Shown: piece after piece, positions 13,597 through 24,627 of the stretch
How positions within the stretch are numbered: the first letter of the stretch is position 1
Layout of the letters: the number at the start of each line of letters is the position of its first letter
DNA from: Eledone cirrhosa
Lineage: Eukaryota
Direction of reading: 5' to 3'
DNA: 64,000 nt
NCBI GenBank assembly: GCA_964016885.1
Contig: OZ024742.1
Span: 75,702,001-75,766,000 of the forward strand
Position numbers and translations under genes: made by a program
Notes under the pieces: model-generated
The model's input: the letters and a program-made list of their open reading frames with translations, nothing else
Database searches by the model: none
Told to the model about the DNA's origin: nothing

Positions 13597-15302
13597 TGTA
13601 CAGAGAGAACATATTTTGCTTGAAAAATAACTTTTGTGAAAATTCATGTTAATCGATTCTTTTCCAACCTGTTGTATACATTTGCTGGTATTGTGTAATA
13701 CGACACCAACTGTATGATCATATTAACTTGTAATAGATACTGTTCAATTGTATTCACATTCAGAATATACAGGCTTAGTACATGAAGCATTGGAAATATA
13801 CTGACTGAAAAAAACGTAGATTATGTTTATAAATTATGCAGCAATTATAGAAAGTGTTATTCAGAAAATCCCCAAGATACATAATTCTTTCCATAGTGTT
13901 TTTTTGTTTCGCATCTTTCCGAGGGCACTAAAATCGCAAAGATATATATGAGCTGAGCGGCAAATTGACAAAATCGGATTTTTCTTTCTGCAAGAATGGT
14001 TATATATTAATTCTTGTGTGTGACGTTGTTGCGTCTAATACAATAATAGGTTATTCTAAGTATGCGAACTGCAACGACGTCATTCTTCCATTCATATGAT
14101 TCATAAATAATATTACGCAACCGAAATAAATCTGGAGAATTTTGCTTAAAATAACATTTTTTATTATATATTATGGCATATCTTTGATTATTTGTTTAAT
14201 ATGAATAAAACAAACATTCCTTGGAAACGTTGTTCCTTTTTAGATGTAAAAAGAATATCCAAACTTTAGATATGAATTCCTTCACAGAATGCGACACTCT
14301 ACACTTATATAACTTGATAAATAGTTTTGTGAAGTTCATTCTCAGTAATATATATGTAATAATATGAATTCAAGCAGGAAATGAAATAGAATTTCAACCG
14401 TGCCTCTCTCTGAAACATGCTCCATATTTCTGTGGTCTTCTCTACAGTTTAACAGAACGTAATTTTAATTAAGTAATTAAAAAAATATAAAAGTATAAAA
14501 ATAATTTCAAACTGCGAAAATCATATTATTTGGTCGCATATTATTTTTAATGATGATCATATTATTTGTTTATTTTTCTCTTTTAAAAATATATTTTGCC
14601 AGCTTTGGCAGGTTTTCCATCATTATAATACGCTTCACAACTGTTGTGTCTAAATTAGGTCTAATAGTAATGTTAAGAAATATATAAAAGAAAGTAGTCA
14701 GACATTCATCTCTTTGTCTTTGTTAGCCGGAAACAATTGTAAAAGTCAGTTCCCAAATGTATAGTTTGGAACTTATAAAGAAAATTAGACTGGTGATCAT
14801 TCCACGAAATTGAAAATGTAATCGGTGTGTAAATAATCACCTTAAATAAAATGTTGAAAGTGATATTGCATTTTGAATGTTGTTTTCAACTAATGAGACG
14901 TTCAATAATTGACGTAGCACAAAGAGTCTTGGAAAACTGCCAACATAGGAACAGTAAATTATTGTCTTATTCTCGAGCTGTCGAACACGATTACTATAAC
15001 GTATTAGAAGAAAAGACAGACTGAATGTTTTTAATAAGATTGCTTTGCTTACTGCTTGTTAAAAATATCACACCCGTTTTTGTAATAAGATCGTATAAAT
15101 ACAATAAATGTGTAGTTTCTTTTTCTTTAACATCCAGGCTCTGTAACGCAGAGAGCTCTAAAGAAAAACCGACAATCATATTTTTCAAGCAGTTCTACCC
15201 GGCGTTGTCTGGGTGTTGACTATGTAGAAATGTCTTTTGTTGTGTTTTGTTTTTGTAAGTGAATGTGACGTAAGTCTCGATGACACATATATACCCCCTC
15301 CC

Positions 15303-15345
<43 letters not shown>

Positions 15346-15389
15346 TAACAGATTAAAGTTTAAGCAAAGATATATATACATATATATAT

Positions 15390-17430
15390 ATTCTTTCTTA
15401 TCGTTTTTAGTTCCTTTTGCTCTTTAGGGATCATTGGAGTGCTAGAGATCTCCATCCCAAACGGTCTGATGCAATCTCTTGAGTCTGACTGAAGTCTGGC
15501 CTATGTTATTCAGATTTTCTCCCTCACATCTCAACCAGGTTTTAATGGATCTGCCATGTTTCTTACGTCTTGCCTTTGCTACGTGTTGCTCCATAAGAGA
15601 GAGGAAACACATGTGGGCATGCTTCGTTGGCTGGACTAGGTGTTGGTATCACATAGATTATTCAGCCTGGCATTGTCCATAGCCTCGCCATATGGAATGT
15701 CATAATTCAGAAAAGTTCTAAGTATGGACTAAGTAATGTTTTAAGTAATTTCCGCAAGCAAATGTTGGTGTCGGCACATCGATTAACGTATACAAGCGGT
15801 GCTTCGTATTTTGGCTATTGACGCTGATCAATTGCTGAGCTGCAATCTTAGGGAAGAACACTGTCCTGGTATACGGCGTAAGTGTCTCCAGAGTATGGCT
15901 CGCCAGCTGAAGTAGTTGTTCTATGCTTCCTAAAATGTAGCGCTTTGGTCTTTTTCAATGCAGATCTAAAAACCAGCAATCGAAGGGATTTTTGCTAAGA
16001 CTGCTGGTCTTGTCAATCATTATCGATGTATCATACTAATGCGTCCAGGATCACTGAAGTCAAAGAATGCAATACTCCTCTGTCGCTATTTGAGATTTGA
16101 TAGTTCTCATTTGGACTTACTCTTGATAAAATCCACGACAAATAGGAACAAAATAGAAGAGAGTAAACATATTTAACTCAGCCCTATGATTAAATCGAAA
16201 CTCTCCGTATTTCCATCTGTGATTGTGAAAGAGCAACGCAACCTCCAGGTGATGTAGTTCGTAGGCATTCTATACTGCGCGACTATCCTCCATTGTGACT
16301 CACCGAGCTCACTGTCAAAGGCCTTCAGTAAGCCACTGAAGTTGAACACAACCGGCTGATGGAACTCATGACCCAGCTCAATGAGCTTGTGTAGTGTGAG
16401 AATTTGGTCACTTCACTGCAAGACTTTCCATACGAAGATGCTTCCCATCTGACTTCTTGATTTAGGTAAGGGTGACACTGCAAAACAAGATATATAAATC
16501 AGTAGTATACGGCACCAGCTGCTGCATTCACTTAAAGCTCCCTAGTCCTCCTTTTCTATTGTTCCTGAGTCAACGAATCACTTTAATGACAGCTTCGTTT
16601 GAAATATTTAACCCTGTCAACTGTAAAAGTCTTTCCTGTTTGAAGTCAAATAAGTTGACCGTGCCCAGTCGAATGAGCAGTTTCTGGAAAAGTTCCACTC
16701 ACCTGGCTGAGTGTTCCTCACATTTTACACGCATCTGAGCATCCTTACTTTTATTTGCACACTAGATCTACTTTTTGTTCTCAGTCACTTTGCAATTGTT
16801 CAGAGATTCTAGTTTTATTTCTCGCCACAGCTTCTTCGGGTATCTTGCTCTTTAGCTCGAGCAAAGCCCCTTTCTGCATCCCCTACCTACAGCTCCATTC
16901 ACATACGTATAGAGTTGTTTATACACATTTTCTTGTTATCTGACATTCTTCGCCTCATCCATTTCAGATTTTGCATCTTTCTTGTCGATGGCACTTCACA
17001 AAACTGCGGAAATCTCTTGCTTTTGGATGTTGTCTCCTGCGTCCCTGCATCTTTGCGGTTTTTGATGCGGTAATCTGTGTCAAATTTGTTTCTTGTTCCT
17101 CATGATACGACTCTCTCTTTGAAGCTCGACATTTCCGCTTATATCAGGTAGATGTGTACGGTTTATGTTGTCATTTAGCCACAAATCAAAGCTTATCGAA
17201 CAGATTTCATGAATATCTTCGAACCAATACATTATTACTATTTGCTTAAACATGATTTCTGTTAATGTGCAGTGAATGTTATCTAAAAACCTAAGGGGAG
17301 ACAAGAAACCATAAGTATGAATTTCCACCCCACCTTACCCGATTGTACAGCTTTCGAACACTTCTCACAATATTCAATATCACAGTAGTCCTTGTAATTT
17401 TACTTATATTTGCAAATACATTCTTATACT
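15390..17430 (-). mobile_element. Degenerate RTE-clade LINE (RT pseudogene)
   Basis: Minus-strand translation near 16300-16420 reads DQILTLHKLIELGHEFHQPVVFNFSGLLKAFDS (RTE DQIFTLRQ..E...IDFKKAFDS). Many stops and frameshifts. Confidence 0.8.
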
Positions 17431-17584
17431 CTTTCCAATAGTGAATGAAGAGTTTCTACTGGCCTATTGAAGAAGCAATGTAAAAGTTGATCCGGACGAA
17501 CCGGGCCTTAATTTAGTACAGCATTGTTTTGCATTTCACTTCGGATTCTACAAGTCTTCCTTCTTTAGTAACATTATCTGTTTC

Positions 17585-17773
17585 GTGGCGGTGGATTGGC
17601 AGCATCGATAGAGGGTCGGACCCCATGCTGTGACGCATAGAGTTTCGGCCCTTGACATTCTGAGTTCGAATACCGCCGAGGTTAACTTTGTTTTTCATCC
17701 TTAAGGAGTCGATAAAGTACCAGTAATGCACTGGGATAATTGCTGACCTTGTGCCAAAAGTAGAAACAATTAT
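17585..17773 (+). mobile_element. tRNA-derived SINE
   Basis: ggcggtggattggcagcatcgataga ... gagttcgaatacc ... tttcatccttaaggagtcgataaagtaccag ... gtgccaaaagtagaaacaatta. Confidence 0.9.
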
Positions 17774-18509
17774 TCTGTTTCATTCTTACTTCAGCAGAGG
17801 CTTGCTGTAGTGAACCTAGAATGAGAAAATAGTTGCTACAAGATACTATCTGACCATACTAGGTGCCGTGAAAGGTAATGTTAGAACTTTCAATATTTTC
17901 GTTGATAGTATAGCAATTTGCGTCGACTCCAAAAGCATCAACCTAGAACTAAATGTACCGTGACACTATTTATACAGGTATACCAACAAAATATAAAAAA
18001 CAGCATTCCATATTGCTGTGTATCACTACCAGCATTTGTTTATTCAAAAAAGAATATTTGTTTTGTACAAGAATTAGTTACCTTGTAAATTAAACATATA
18101 TGAATTTGCATGGGTCCCGCTAATATATACGATTTTCCTCGTATCCGTTAGTATATGATTTTCCACGTGTTCGTTAGTCATATGCATTTCCACGGGTCTC
18201 GCTATTATACACATGTAGTTATATATCAACGACTGAATGTATAACATCTTTATAGATCATAGAGCATAATAACTTAAATGAGGCATGATGTTAAAAATTC
18301 CAGTTGTGTCTTGTCTCTATGTTTGTTGCTTTTGCCATATCGTGTTGCATATTTTCGTCAATAACAGTGACACATACTCGCCTTGATTCTCTAAAGGAAA
18401 TTGAACCTTGCATTTATGATCAGCAACTGTCCACATTATTGATAAGTTCCAATGGGACACGTGGAAGACCCGTCAAGCACTTGCTAGCAGGGAAAGCGGA
18501 CAATAAATC

Positions 18510-19335
18510 CACGACGATGTTTTGTTGCTGTTTCTCTTTTATTCCCTTTGCTTTCCTTCCCTCCTTCCATCGTTTTCCCAATAACTTATCCAGTTATTGA
18601 CGCCCTGGGGTGAAGTGGTATCTTGTCTTTAAAGCGTAGAAATATCCTAGACCCTCAGTAGACAACTGATGAGGAAAACTCCCTCTCCCCTGTTCTTGCT
18701 TTCTTCGTATTCCCACGGCATTTTAAGTTACCTTAAATAACAACTACACAGCCATTTCTATTCTCCATATATTTCATCATGTTTTTCGCTGTGACCATTC
18801 ATCTCTCCTCTTCTACCTACCTATTTCGCCACTTTCTACTCTCAGCCCTCTTTCTTCCCCTCCATTTCACCCTATCTATTCTTACCCCCACTTTCTTCCT
18901 CTCCCTTTCTCCCTCTCACTTTCACCAACTCGTCTGACCGTTTAGCAGTTCTCTTTTCACTCACAACTGCGGCGATCAGATGTGTGTCTCTTTCCGCTCG
19001 ACAACTCAGTCTTGAACTTAAGTTCTCTTATCGAGTGGTCATGGATTTCCTACCTATAATTGCTCGCACATTGCTCGGTTTGTGTTTTTTTTCGCTGTTT
19101 TGTTACTGTTTCTCATTTCTACCCCTTTGCTTTCCTTCCCTCTTTCCTTCGTTTTCCCTATAAATGAACCAGTTATTGACGCCCTGGGGTGAAGTGGTAT
19201 CTTGTCTTTAAAGCGTAGAAATATCATAGAACCCCAGTAGATAACTGATGAGGAAAACTCGCGCCCCCTGTTCTTGCTTTCTTCGTATTCCCACTGCATT
19301 TTAAGTTACCTTAAATAGCAACTACTCAGCCATGA
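18510..19335 (+). mobile_element. Non-coding ~585-bp unit with ~240-bp direct repeats (PLE pLTR-like)
   Basis: 18510-18753 is repeated at ~19095-19333. Each repeat has gtctttaaag..gaaata..CTGATGAgg, as in the 9121 element. Confidence 0.7.
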
Positions 19336-19443
19336 TTAATAATTATTTGCTTCATTAATTCTTCATTGAGCCACACCGTGAAAGGTAGCCAAACTCATAT
19401 ATGTATCTGTGAATATGTCTAATTATATACATATATCCCTTTG

Positions 19444-19485
<42 letters not shown>

Positions 19486-20211
19486 ATAATAATAAATTTG
19501 AAGACTAAAATCCAAAGAGGGCACGATAAGGATAAATATATATCAAATATATAAGTACCGTAGAGCAAATATTTATTAAAATAACAGATTAAAGTTTAAG
19601 CACAGAATCGCTGCTTTCACCCTTAACGGGATCTTCTGAAACTAACAAAGTCAATCTGTGAACGCAGAAGTAAATATTTCAAAAAACATTGCAACCGGAG
19701 GAAGACAGGAAGACGATACTTTGGTTCGTGGAAACGTTCCCTGGCAGAGAACGGGAAAAAACGAATATAATACGTCATTATTTGGAGCGGTGAAAAGCAA
19801 TTACACGCAAAGACTAAACCACGTTTATGGTATAAAAGAAGTCGTAGACTAATATTCTATTAGGTGGTTAATAGAGACGCTCTCTGGCAATGAACGGAAA
19901 AAACGAAGATAATACGTCATATGTGGAGAGTGGAGAACAATTGCACGCAAAGGAAAAAAACCACGTAAATGGTATAACTGAAGTCGTAGACTAAAATTCT
20001 AACTAGGAAACCGAATGCTTTTCGGCTTCAGAGTTAAGAATAAAGTAAATAAAATACAGAGGTAATTGAAATCAAATAAATACATACACGCATCCATATA
20101 CGTACATACACAATCATACGAGAAAACACTCGCCATAGGTATACAAATACCGCATGTACACACAAAAAAAAACAACAACCCTGCACGCACATACAGAACC
20201 CACGCATCGCC

Positions 20212-20756
20212 TGTACGTCTGTATACATATATGTATGTACGTATACATACATACTTACATTTAAGTAAGTGCCGTACTAAGAGTGAGAAATGAAATTTCG
20301 TTTCATTCCATTCCATTTATCATTTTCAGTGCGCCTGGCCGACTGAACCCACTCGATATGCAAATTAGGCTGCTCAGCCGTTAATTTTCATAAGGAAAGT
20401 ATATACTTTCGGACGTTCAACCATCTGGCAGAAAGGTATACGGTGCTGACGATAGCTAATAAGCTTGAAACTAGTACATCGTTCCAGTGTCAGTGTTGAA
20501 CAAAAAGGTGACGTGGTTGCCTAAACACTGTACGGCGTAATTCAGGCTGTTTGTTTGTTTACACACGAACAAACCGAGCATTATAATAAATGTTCGGTAA
20601 ACTGATACGTGCATATATATATGTGTGCCTGTATGTATATATATACATGCTACTGTACGTCTGTATACATATATGTATGTACGTATACATACATATTTAC
20701 ATTTAAGTAAGTGCCGTACTAAGAGTGAGAAATGAAATTTCGTTTCATTCTATTCC

Positions 20757-20760
<4 letters not shown>
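20212..20760 (+). mobile_element. Retrozyme-like 440-bp unit with ~108-bp direct repeats
   Basis: ctgtacgtctgtatac...ttccattt occurs at ~20210-20318 and ~20653-20760; HHR lies in between. Confidence 0.7.
20441..20481 (+). ncRNA. Minimal type I hammerhead ribozyme
   Basis: cggtg CTGACGA t agct aata agct t GAAAC ta GTA catcg; palindromic stem III ACTAGT. Confidence 0.8.
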
Positions 20761-20795
<35 letters not shown>

Positions 20796-20949
20796 GATAA
20801 TTTGTATTCCAATGTTACTAAGTAGTTGCATTGGACGGAGTCAACTGACGTCAGAGATTGCTCAACGTATAATAAAGTGTGTTTTAAAATCCGGAGAAAA
20901 TATGGAGGAAAAATTTACGAAATGGAAATGCGGGTATATAGAATTTATT

Positions 20950-21066
20950 AGGTAACAATTGTTTCTATAGTGTATGAGTTACCTATACCTCGCTATTTGA
21001 ATAATACACAAATATTATCAAAAACCGAAAGTACACTGTAAGTCAACACACCATGTCATCAGACCT
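20950..21066 (-). ncRNA. Hammerhead ribozyme motif with ~90-nt stem II insert (pLTR copy 1)
   Basis: aggt CTGATGA catggtgtg...(~90 nt)...catacactata GAAAC aatt GTT acct aataaa; palindromic stem III ACAATTGT. Confidence 0.65.
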
Positions 21067-21476
21067 TTGTATTAGAATGATATGAAAATATTTTATACAC
21101 TAGATAAAAGATAAAGAAGGAGGTAGGAAGAGAAGGGGGAGAGGGAAGTGAGTAAGGTGGAGGAAGTCTTAGGGTTTAAGACTGTCAGACTAGTAGAGAT
21201 TGTGAAGAGAGAATGTTTTGGCAGCAGTTAGCTTAATGAGGCGTGCTAAGGTTGGCTGGGAAGTAGATTCTTCTAGTGGTGTTGTTCGGACAAAATTTAG
21301 TTACAGGGGTCAAAGTGGTACAATGTCACAGACAAGTTATTAGGGCTATTATAGTAGCAGGTTATTTCTAAAGGGGTCCAGAAAAACAGTGTTTAGTACT
21401 ATTATTATAGAATGCCATATCTAGTGTATAAACATATAAGACAGAAATTTGCAAACGTTGGTGTAAAAAGGTAACA

Positions 21477-23021
21477 TTATATGCATTTAAAAAAAGAAAA
21501 AGTCGTTTTCAAACGATGGTTACAGTATAGAGAACGTTCAATTTTGCTGTTCAAAAGTTTGTTTACCGACGTTAAAATGCAGTATATCTCTAAATTGCAT
21601 AACTTGCAGAATCGATGATTTTGCTGATATGCAGGCGCAGCTGCAATAATTTGCCAATCAAGGGAGAACGCTTGATTGTTCTTCCGAAGCTGCCAGGCTT
21701 TATCGGCGAGGGTTGTTACGGAGCGTATTTTCTCGTGCCTGATCGAAGATCGATGTTGGTATAGGCGAGCCTTGAAAGAAGTTGCGGTACATCCGACGTA
21801 ATACCATTTGTTGGTCCCGGAATTAATTGTACACCGGTAGACAATATTGCGTGCTAGGCACTGGTTATTCAGTGGGCACGTACCTGGTTTGGTGCAGTTA
21901 CAACTATTTTTATGTTTTGCAGTAGAATCCTGGATAGTTTGGTGGGGTTGTGGTTGCGTGTTAGTGCGTTGCATGTTGCTATGCTGGTGCGCTGAGTCAT
22001 TAGGGATGTACTTATTCAGTATTGCTGAGTTGCGTTTTCTAATTAGTTGTTCTATGTTAGGTGCAGTGGAGTATGAGAGTCTAATGGTGCGCGAGTTAAA
22101 GATTTTATAGTATTTATGTGAAGTTGTAAAGGGTTTATTGATTAGTGTATAGAATTGTGAGATAATCTTAGTGCTAATAGAAGAATTGTACACGGGTTTA
22201 TACCATATGTACTCTCTACGTCTGACTCTATTTGCTGGTTTGCACCTGTTAGTATGCCTATTGATGTGTGTGTGTGGTGCAATACTAGTTCGACTTTGAT
22301 GTGTTTTATTCCTAGTACTTATGTGGTTATCGTCTAGATATTCAATTTTCTCGCAGTAACCAGCTTTTCTAAGTGCGTCATTATAATATTCAGCATGCTC
22401 GTTGAAGGTTTGCAAATTAGACGCCAGTCGGGAGATCCTTATGGATATATTTTTAGGGATAGATTTAATAATGGAATGAGGATGGTTCGATTTTACATTA
22501 ACGTACTTAAGATTTTCATTAAGTTTGTGAAATGGCTCTATATTACCGTTATTAAGGTTGAAGGTAACATCCAAGAAGTTGACCACCTTAAGATTGTGTT
22601 CAAAGGTAATATTAAGCCCTAGTTCTAAGAAAAGTTTCCTAATGTTTTTACGTCGCCTTTCTAGGTTTTGTTTGTTCATATTCTTGACTAATAGAAGTGT
22701 ATCGTCGCGGTATATTCCGCCGTGGAGGTCCGTAAATTCGCTCTGGAGTCTATGGGCTATATAGATCCCAACCAAATCCGTGACCTCCGCCGAATCATTA
22801 GAACCCATCGTAATGTCGAATTCCGAGGGTCTATCCCTGCGGACCCAATAACTATTTTCAAAGTGCACTACTGTGCGTCTAGCTTCAAGTATAATATTAA
22901 TTTCCACGTTTGTGAGGTCCGAGTTAGTCTTAGCAAAAGAGAGGGCCTTATGCAGGGTTTCGGGTGAAATAGAGGAATAGTATTCATCTATATCGAATTG
23001 AATAAAACTTGTCTGTGACAT
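21477..23021 (-). CDS. Penelope-like reverse transcriptase (N-truncated) + GIY-YIG endonuclease, 514 aa
   Basis: RT motifs FDIDEYY, MGSNDSAEVTDLVG, YRDD, NFLDVTF, SNHP. Zn/GIY-YIG motifs CNC...CPL..CL..NIVY....YYVGCT...FKARLYQH, CKLCNLE, CNH. Confidence 0.9.
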   Translation of the reverse strand: MSQTSFIQFDIDEYYSSISPETLHKALSFAKTNSDLTNVEINIILEARRTVVHFENSYWVRRDRPSEFDITMGSNDSAEVTDLVGIYIAHRLQSEFTDLHGGIYRDDTLLLVKNMNKQNLERRRKNIRKLFLELGLNITFEHNLKVVNFLDVTFNLNNGNIEPFHKLNENLKYVNVKSNHPHSIIKSIPKNISIRISRLASNLQTFNEHAEYYNDALRKAGYCEKIEYLDDNHISTRNKTHQSRTSIAPHTHINRHTNRCKPANRVRRREYIWYKPVYNSSISTKIISQFYTLINKPFTTSHKYYKIFNSRTIRLSYSTAPNIEQLIRKRNSAILNKYIPNDSAHQHSNMQRTNTQPQPHQTIQDSTAKHKNSCNCTKPGTCPLNNQCLARNIVYRCTINSGTNKWYYVGCTATSFKARLYQHRSSIRHEKIRSVTTLADKAWQLRKNNQAFSLDWQIIAAAPAYQQNHRFCKLCNLEIYCILTSVNKLLNSKIERSLYCNHRLKTTFSFFKCI

Positions 23022-23277
23022 TGTACCACTTTGACCCCTCTAACTAAATTTTGTCCGAACAACACCACTAGAAGTATCTACTTCCCAGCCAACCTTAGCA
23101 CGCCTCATTAAGCTAACTGCTGCCAAAACATTCTCTCTTCACAATCTCTACTAGTCTGACAGTCTTAAACCCTAAGACTCCCTCCACCTTACTCACTTCC
23201 CTCTTCCCCTTCTCTTCCTACCTCCTTCTTTATCTTTTATCTAGTGTATAAAATATTTTCATATCATTCTAATACAA

Positions 23278-23394
23278 AGGTCTGATGACATGGTGTGTTG
23301 ACTTACAGTGTACTTTCGGTTTTTGATAATATTTGTGTATTATTCAAATAGCGAGGTATAGGTAACACATACACTATAGAAACAATTGTTACCT
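23278..23394 (+). ncRNA. Hammerhead ribozyme motif with ~90-nt stem II insert (pLTR copy 2, inverted)
   Basis: Same motif as 20950-21066, on the plus strand. Confidence 0.65.
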
Positions 23395-23456
23395 AATAAA
23401 TTCTATATACCTGCATTTCCATTTCGTAAATTTTTCCTCTATATATATATATATAA

Positions 23457-23646
23457 AATTCAAAGGGGTATATGTATATAATTAGACATAGTCACAGATA
23501 CATATATGAGTTTGGCTACCTTTCACGGTGTGTCTCAATGAAGAATTAATTAGGCAACTAATCATTAATCACAGCTATATGTATGTGTGTGGGTGTATAT
23601 ATATATATATATATATATATACACGCACACGCACACACACACACAC

Positions 23647-23722
<76 letters not shown>

Positions 23723-23840
23723 CAAAGGTGTATATGTATATAATTAGACATAGTCACAGATACATATATGAGTTTGGGTACCTTTCACGGTGTGTCTCAA
23801 TGAAGAATTAATTAGGCAACTAATCATTAATCACAGCTAT
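23457..23840. repeat. ~125-bp module duplicated (23457-23580, 23717-23840); inverted copy at ~19333-19447
   Basis: aattcaaagg-gtatatgtatataattagacatagtcacagatac...aatcacagctatat. Confidence 0.85.
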
Positions 23841-23844
23841 ATAA

Positions 23845-24627
23845 AAAATTGCATGTTTGAAGAATTATTAGATAAAATATACACAGTCTTTCCTCTCCCT
23901 AGTCCGTAGAAATCAACCACATAAATAATCATTTAAACGAGGCTATAAGTTTAATATGTAACTATCAAGAAATAATAGTCAAATGATACAGACTATCACC
24001 CGCAAGGGAGAGCCAGATAAAATTTACCTAGTCATTCCTTTTAGCCCGTAGAAATTGACTAGACAAATAATCAACTACACGGAGTTAGGTATAAAATGGA
24101 AGTTTGAAGAAAAGATGCATATAAACTTTACCAAAATTCTTCTAGTCTCGACTGCCGGCAGCTTCGTTCCTTTTCTGCGGATATATCCGATCCTGGGTCT
24201 ATCCACGTGGCTTGGAACTCACCAAGAGACACCTTGTGTCTAGACTAAAATTTTTACCGTGATCCCCGGAAGAAATGAATTCAAACATGGCTAAGAACAA
24301 TCACGTGGCTAGTGGTCAAGGCAGAAAGTTGTGATTGGTTGCCAGGCGGCGAGTAGGGTGGTTGCTAGAAAGCGCAGCCATATACTGCCTAAAGTATTAC
24401 TCAACCTTACAGGAGTATATATCAAATTCAAAGGGATTATGTGTATATAATTAGACATTGTCTTCCTCGCGGGAGAGAGTCTGTATCATTTGTCTATTAT
24501 TTCTTAATAGTGACATTTTAAACTTATAGCCTCGTTTAAATGATTATTTATATGGTTGATTTCTACGGACTAGGGAGAGGAAATACTGTATATATTTTAT
24601 CTAATAATTCTTCAAACTTGCAATTTT
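23845..24627 (-). mobile_element. Non-coding HHR-bearing element with ~165-bp inverted repeats
   Basis: 23845-24010 is the reverse complement of 24461-24627. Core is similar to 47720-48040. Degenerate HHR at 24145-24230. Confidence 0.75.

Larger units (their letters stand above)
20790..23439 (-). mobile_element. Young Penelope-like retrotransposon (Naiad/Neptune-like) with inverted pLTR
   Basis: RT-GIY-YIG ORF flanked by a near-identical 434-bp inverted repeat, 20905-21338 / 23006-23439. Confidence 0.93.

Noticed and set aside
19595-19650. HHR-like motifs at 19595-19650(-), 35900-35950(-), 36160-36240(+), 39670-39690(+), 39973-40003(+), 41895-41955(-), 48400-48445(+)
   Set aside because: Only part of the core or stems can be built, so they are too degenerate to call without a family consensus.
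19740-20000. Repeat-spacer (CRISPR-like) interpretation of direct repeats
   Set aside because: Only two long diverged units (~145-bp tandem duplication), with no regular short repeats, no spacers and no cas genes, in a eukaryotic context.
21847-22967. Plus-strand ORFs overlapping the PLE ORF (also 53810-54349 over the mariner)
   Set aside because: Antisense shadows of transposon coding sequence with no independent motifs.
21477-23021. Selenocysteine-type (in-frame TGA) Naiad element
   Set aside because: The conserved Cys positions are ordinary Cys codons and there is no in-frame TGA. No SECIS was identified.
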